Source: an uncultured Acetobacteraceae bacterium (GTDB lineage: Bacteria; Pseudomonadota; Alphaproteobacteria; Acetobacterales; Acetobacteraceae). From it: a stretch of 64,000 bases of DNA. The DNA lies in NCBI GenBank assembly GCA_964236535.1, contig CAXSEF010000001.1:69818-133817 (forward strand), read 5' to 3'. A program made the translations under genes and the position numbers. Within the stretch, counting starts at the first letter, position 1. Each line of letters opens with the position of its first letter. The notes under the pieces were generated by a model. The model had not been told where the DNA came from, did no database searches, and saw nothing but the letters and a program-made list of their open reading frames with translations. Below are positions 62,663-64,000 of this stretch, one piece after another.

Positions 62663-64000
62663 TCAGGCCCGGCGTGCGTCCTCGCTCTGTGGCAGGTGGA
62701 GCGGCTGATCCAGGTACTTCACGTATTCCCTGGGCACGACCTGCCAGAATTTGCCGACCTGCTTCTCCCAGTCGTGCAGGAGCATGGCGCCGTAGCGGCT
62801 GTTGGTGGCCTTGGTGTGCCGGCCGACGAGGCCCTGCAGCGTCGCCTGCCAGTGCGGGGTGGCGACGCGGTTCCAGCCGAGGGTGTCAGGGTTGACCCGC
62901 TTCTCGAACAGCCCGTCGGCGTCGTAGACGAACGCCATCCCTCCGGTGAAGCCCGCGCCGAAATTGTCGCCGGTGCGGCCGAGCACGACGACGGTGCCGC
63001 CGGTCATGTACTCGCAGCAGTTCGAGCCGCAGCCCTCGATGACGGCGGTGGCGCCGGAGTTGCGCACCGCGAAGCGCTCGCCGGCCTGGCCGGCGGCGAA
63101 CAGCTCGCCGGCAGTCGCGCCGTAGAGGCAGGTGTTGCCGATGATGGTGTTGTCCTGGCTGACCAGGGTGGACGAGACCGCGGTGCGGACGACGATCGAG
63201 GCGCCGGACAGGCCCTTGCCCACGTAGTCGTTGGCGTCGCCGATCATGTCGATGCGCAGGCCCTGCACCGCGAAGGCGCCGAGCGACTGGCCGGCCGAGC
63301 CGCGCAGGCGGACGGTGACATGGCCGGACTGCAGCCCCGTCATGCCGAAGCGCCGGGTGATGCGCGAGGACAGCTTGGTGCCGATGGCGCGGTGGGTGTT
63401 CCGCACGCCGTATTCGAGCTGCATCTTCTCGCCATGCGCGAACAGCGGGGTCGCATCCTCGATCATCTGCGCGTCCAGCGTCTCCGGCACCTCGTTACGG
63501 CCCTCGCGGGTGCAGTAGCGGGCGTGGGCGCCAGGGTCGGCCTGGGCGAGCAGCGGGTTGAGGTCGAGGTCGTCGAGCAGCTCCGAGCCGCGGCTGACCT
63601 GGCGCAGCATGTCGGTCCGCCCGATCACGTCGGCCAGCGTGCGCGCGCCCAGCAAAGCAAGAATCTCGCGCACCTCCTCGGCGATGAAGGAGAACAGGTT
63701 GATGACCTTCTCCGGGGTGCCCTCGAACTTCTTCCGCAGGGTGTCGTCCTGGGTGCAGACGCCGACCGGGCAGGTATTGGAATGGCACTGCCGCACCATG
63801 ATGCAGCCCATCGCGACCAGCGAGGTGGTGCCGATGCCGAACTCCTCGGCGCCGAGCATGGCGGCGATCACCACGTCGCGCCCGGTCCTGAGGCCGCCGT
63901 CGGTGCGCAGCTTCACACGGTGGCGCAGACGGTTGAGCATCAGCACCTGGTGCGCCTCTGACAGGCCCATCTCCCAGGGCAGGCCCGCGTACTTCACCGA
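62663..64000 (-). CDS. gltB: Glutamate synthase large subunit, C-terminal part (5' end beyond window)
   Basis: Contains KYAGLPWEMGLSEAHQVLMLNRLR, GAEEFGIGTTSLVAMGCIMVRQCHSNTCPVGVCTQD and the GXGXG beta-helix domain (GDANDYVGKGLSGA, AVIEGCGSNCCEYMTGG). The frame is open to 64000. Confidence 0.93.
   Translation of the reverse strand, partial: SVKYAGLPWEMGLSEAHQVLMLNRLRHRVKLRTDGGLRTGRDVVIAAMLGAEEFGIGTTSLVAMGCIMVRQCHSNTCPVGVCTQDDTLRKKFEGTPEKVINLFSFIAEEVREILALLGARTLADVIGRTDMLRQVSRGSELLDDLDLNPLLAQADPGAHARYCTREGRNEVPETLDAQMIEDATPLFAHGEKMQLEYGVRNTHRAIGTKLSSRITRRFGMTGLQSGHVTVRLRGSAGQSLGAFAVQGLRIDMIGDANDYVGKGLSGASIVVRTAVSSTLVSQDNTIIGNTCLYGATAGELFAAGQAGERFAVRNSGATAVIEGCGSNCCEYMTGGTVVVLGRTGDNFGAGFTGGMAFVYDADGLFEKRVNPDTLGWNRVATPHWQATLQGLVGRHTKATNSRYGAMLLHDWEKQVGKFWQVVPREYVKYLDQPLHLPQSEDARRA

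Overview
This is a roughly 70% G+C alphaproteobacterial chromosome segment. The gene order suggests a Rhodospirillales/Acetobacteraceae-like organism, which is inference only. It is almost entirely conserved housekeeping.

Gene content in order:
- dnaE 5' part, a UDG-like hypothetical and an EAL protein.
- tRNA-Leu, tig, clpP, clpX, lon, hupB, tRNA-Val and tRNA-Asp.
- The complete nuoA-N operon.
- coaX, rnj, a DUF1467 gene, proS, and the lolC/E-lolD pair.
- A DapA-like gene, dadA, ilvD, a 57-aa UPF0391 gene that is absent from the ORF track, and infC.
- A co-directional dsbB-coq7-pabB-pabC cluster.
- An FNT channel, a sirohaem nitrite/sulfite reductase and a flavoprotein cluster.
- ridA, a DUF482 gene, thrS, two LPS-type glycosyltransferases, a hydrolase, an SDR, a TPR protein, a GST and the gltB 3' part.

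Two things are not explained by ordinary annotation:
1. An abrupt islet of about 2 kb (51819-53788) lies between convergent core genes. Its only gene (52169-53461) counts 32-45% G+C by hand. That gene is an orphan 430-aa P-loop NTPase with clear Walker A/B motifs, a Gly-rich insert and no recognisable effector or mobility gene. This is the best candidate for an undescribed, possibly defence-like, single-gene system.
2. A dense family of modular stacked-hairpin repeats has about 17 copies with MITE/REP-like inverted termini. They sit directly against stop codons (always TAG when abutting), interrupt the nuo operon at three junctions, and encode the last codons of thrS and a hydrolase.

Most very long ORFs in the supplied track are antisense or off-frame artefacts of the high G+C content. 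All homology calls come from reading motifs by eye. No database search was run.
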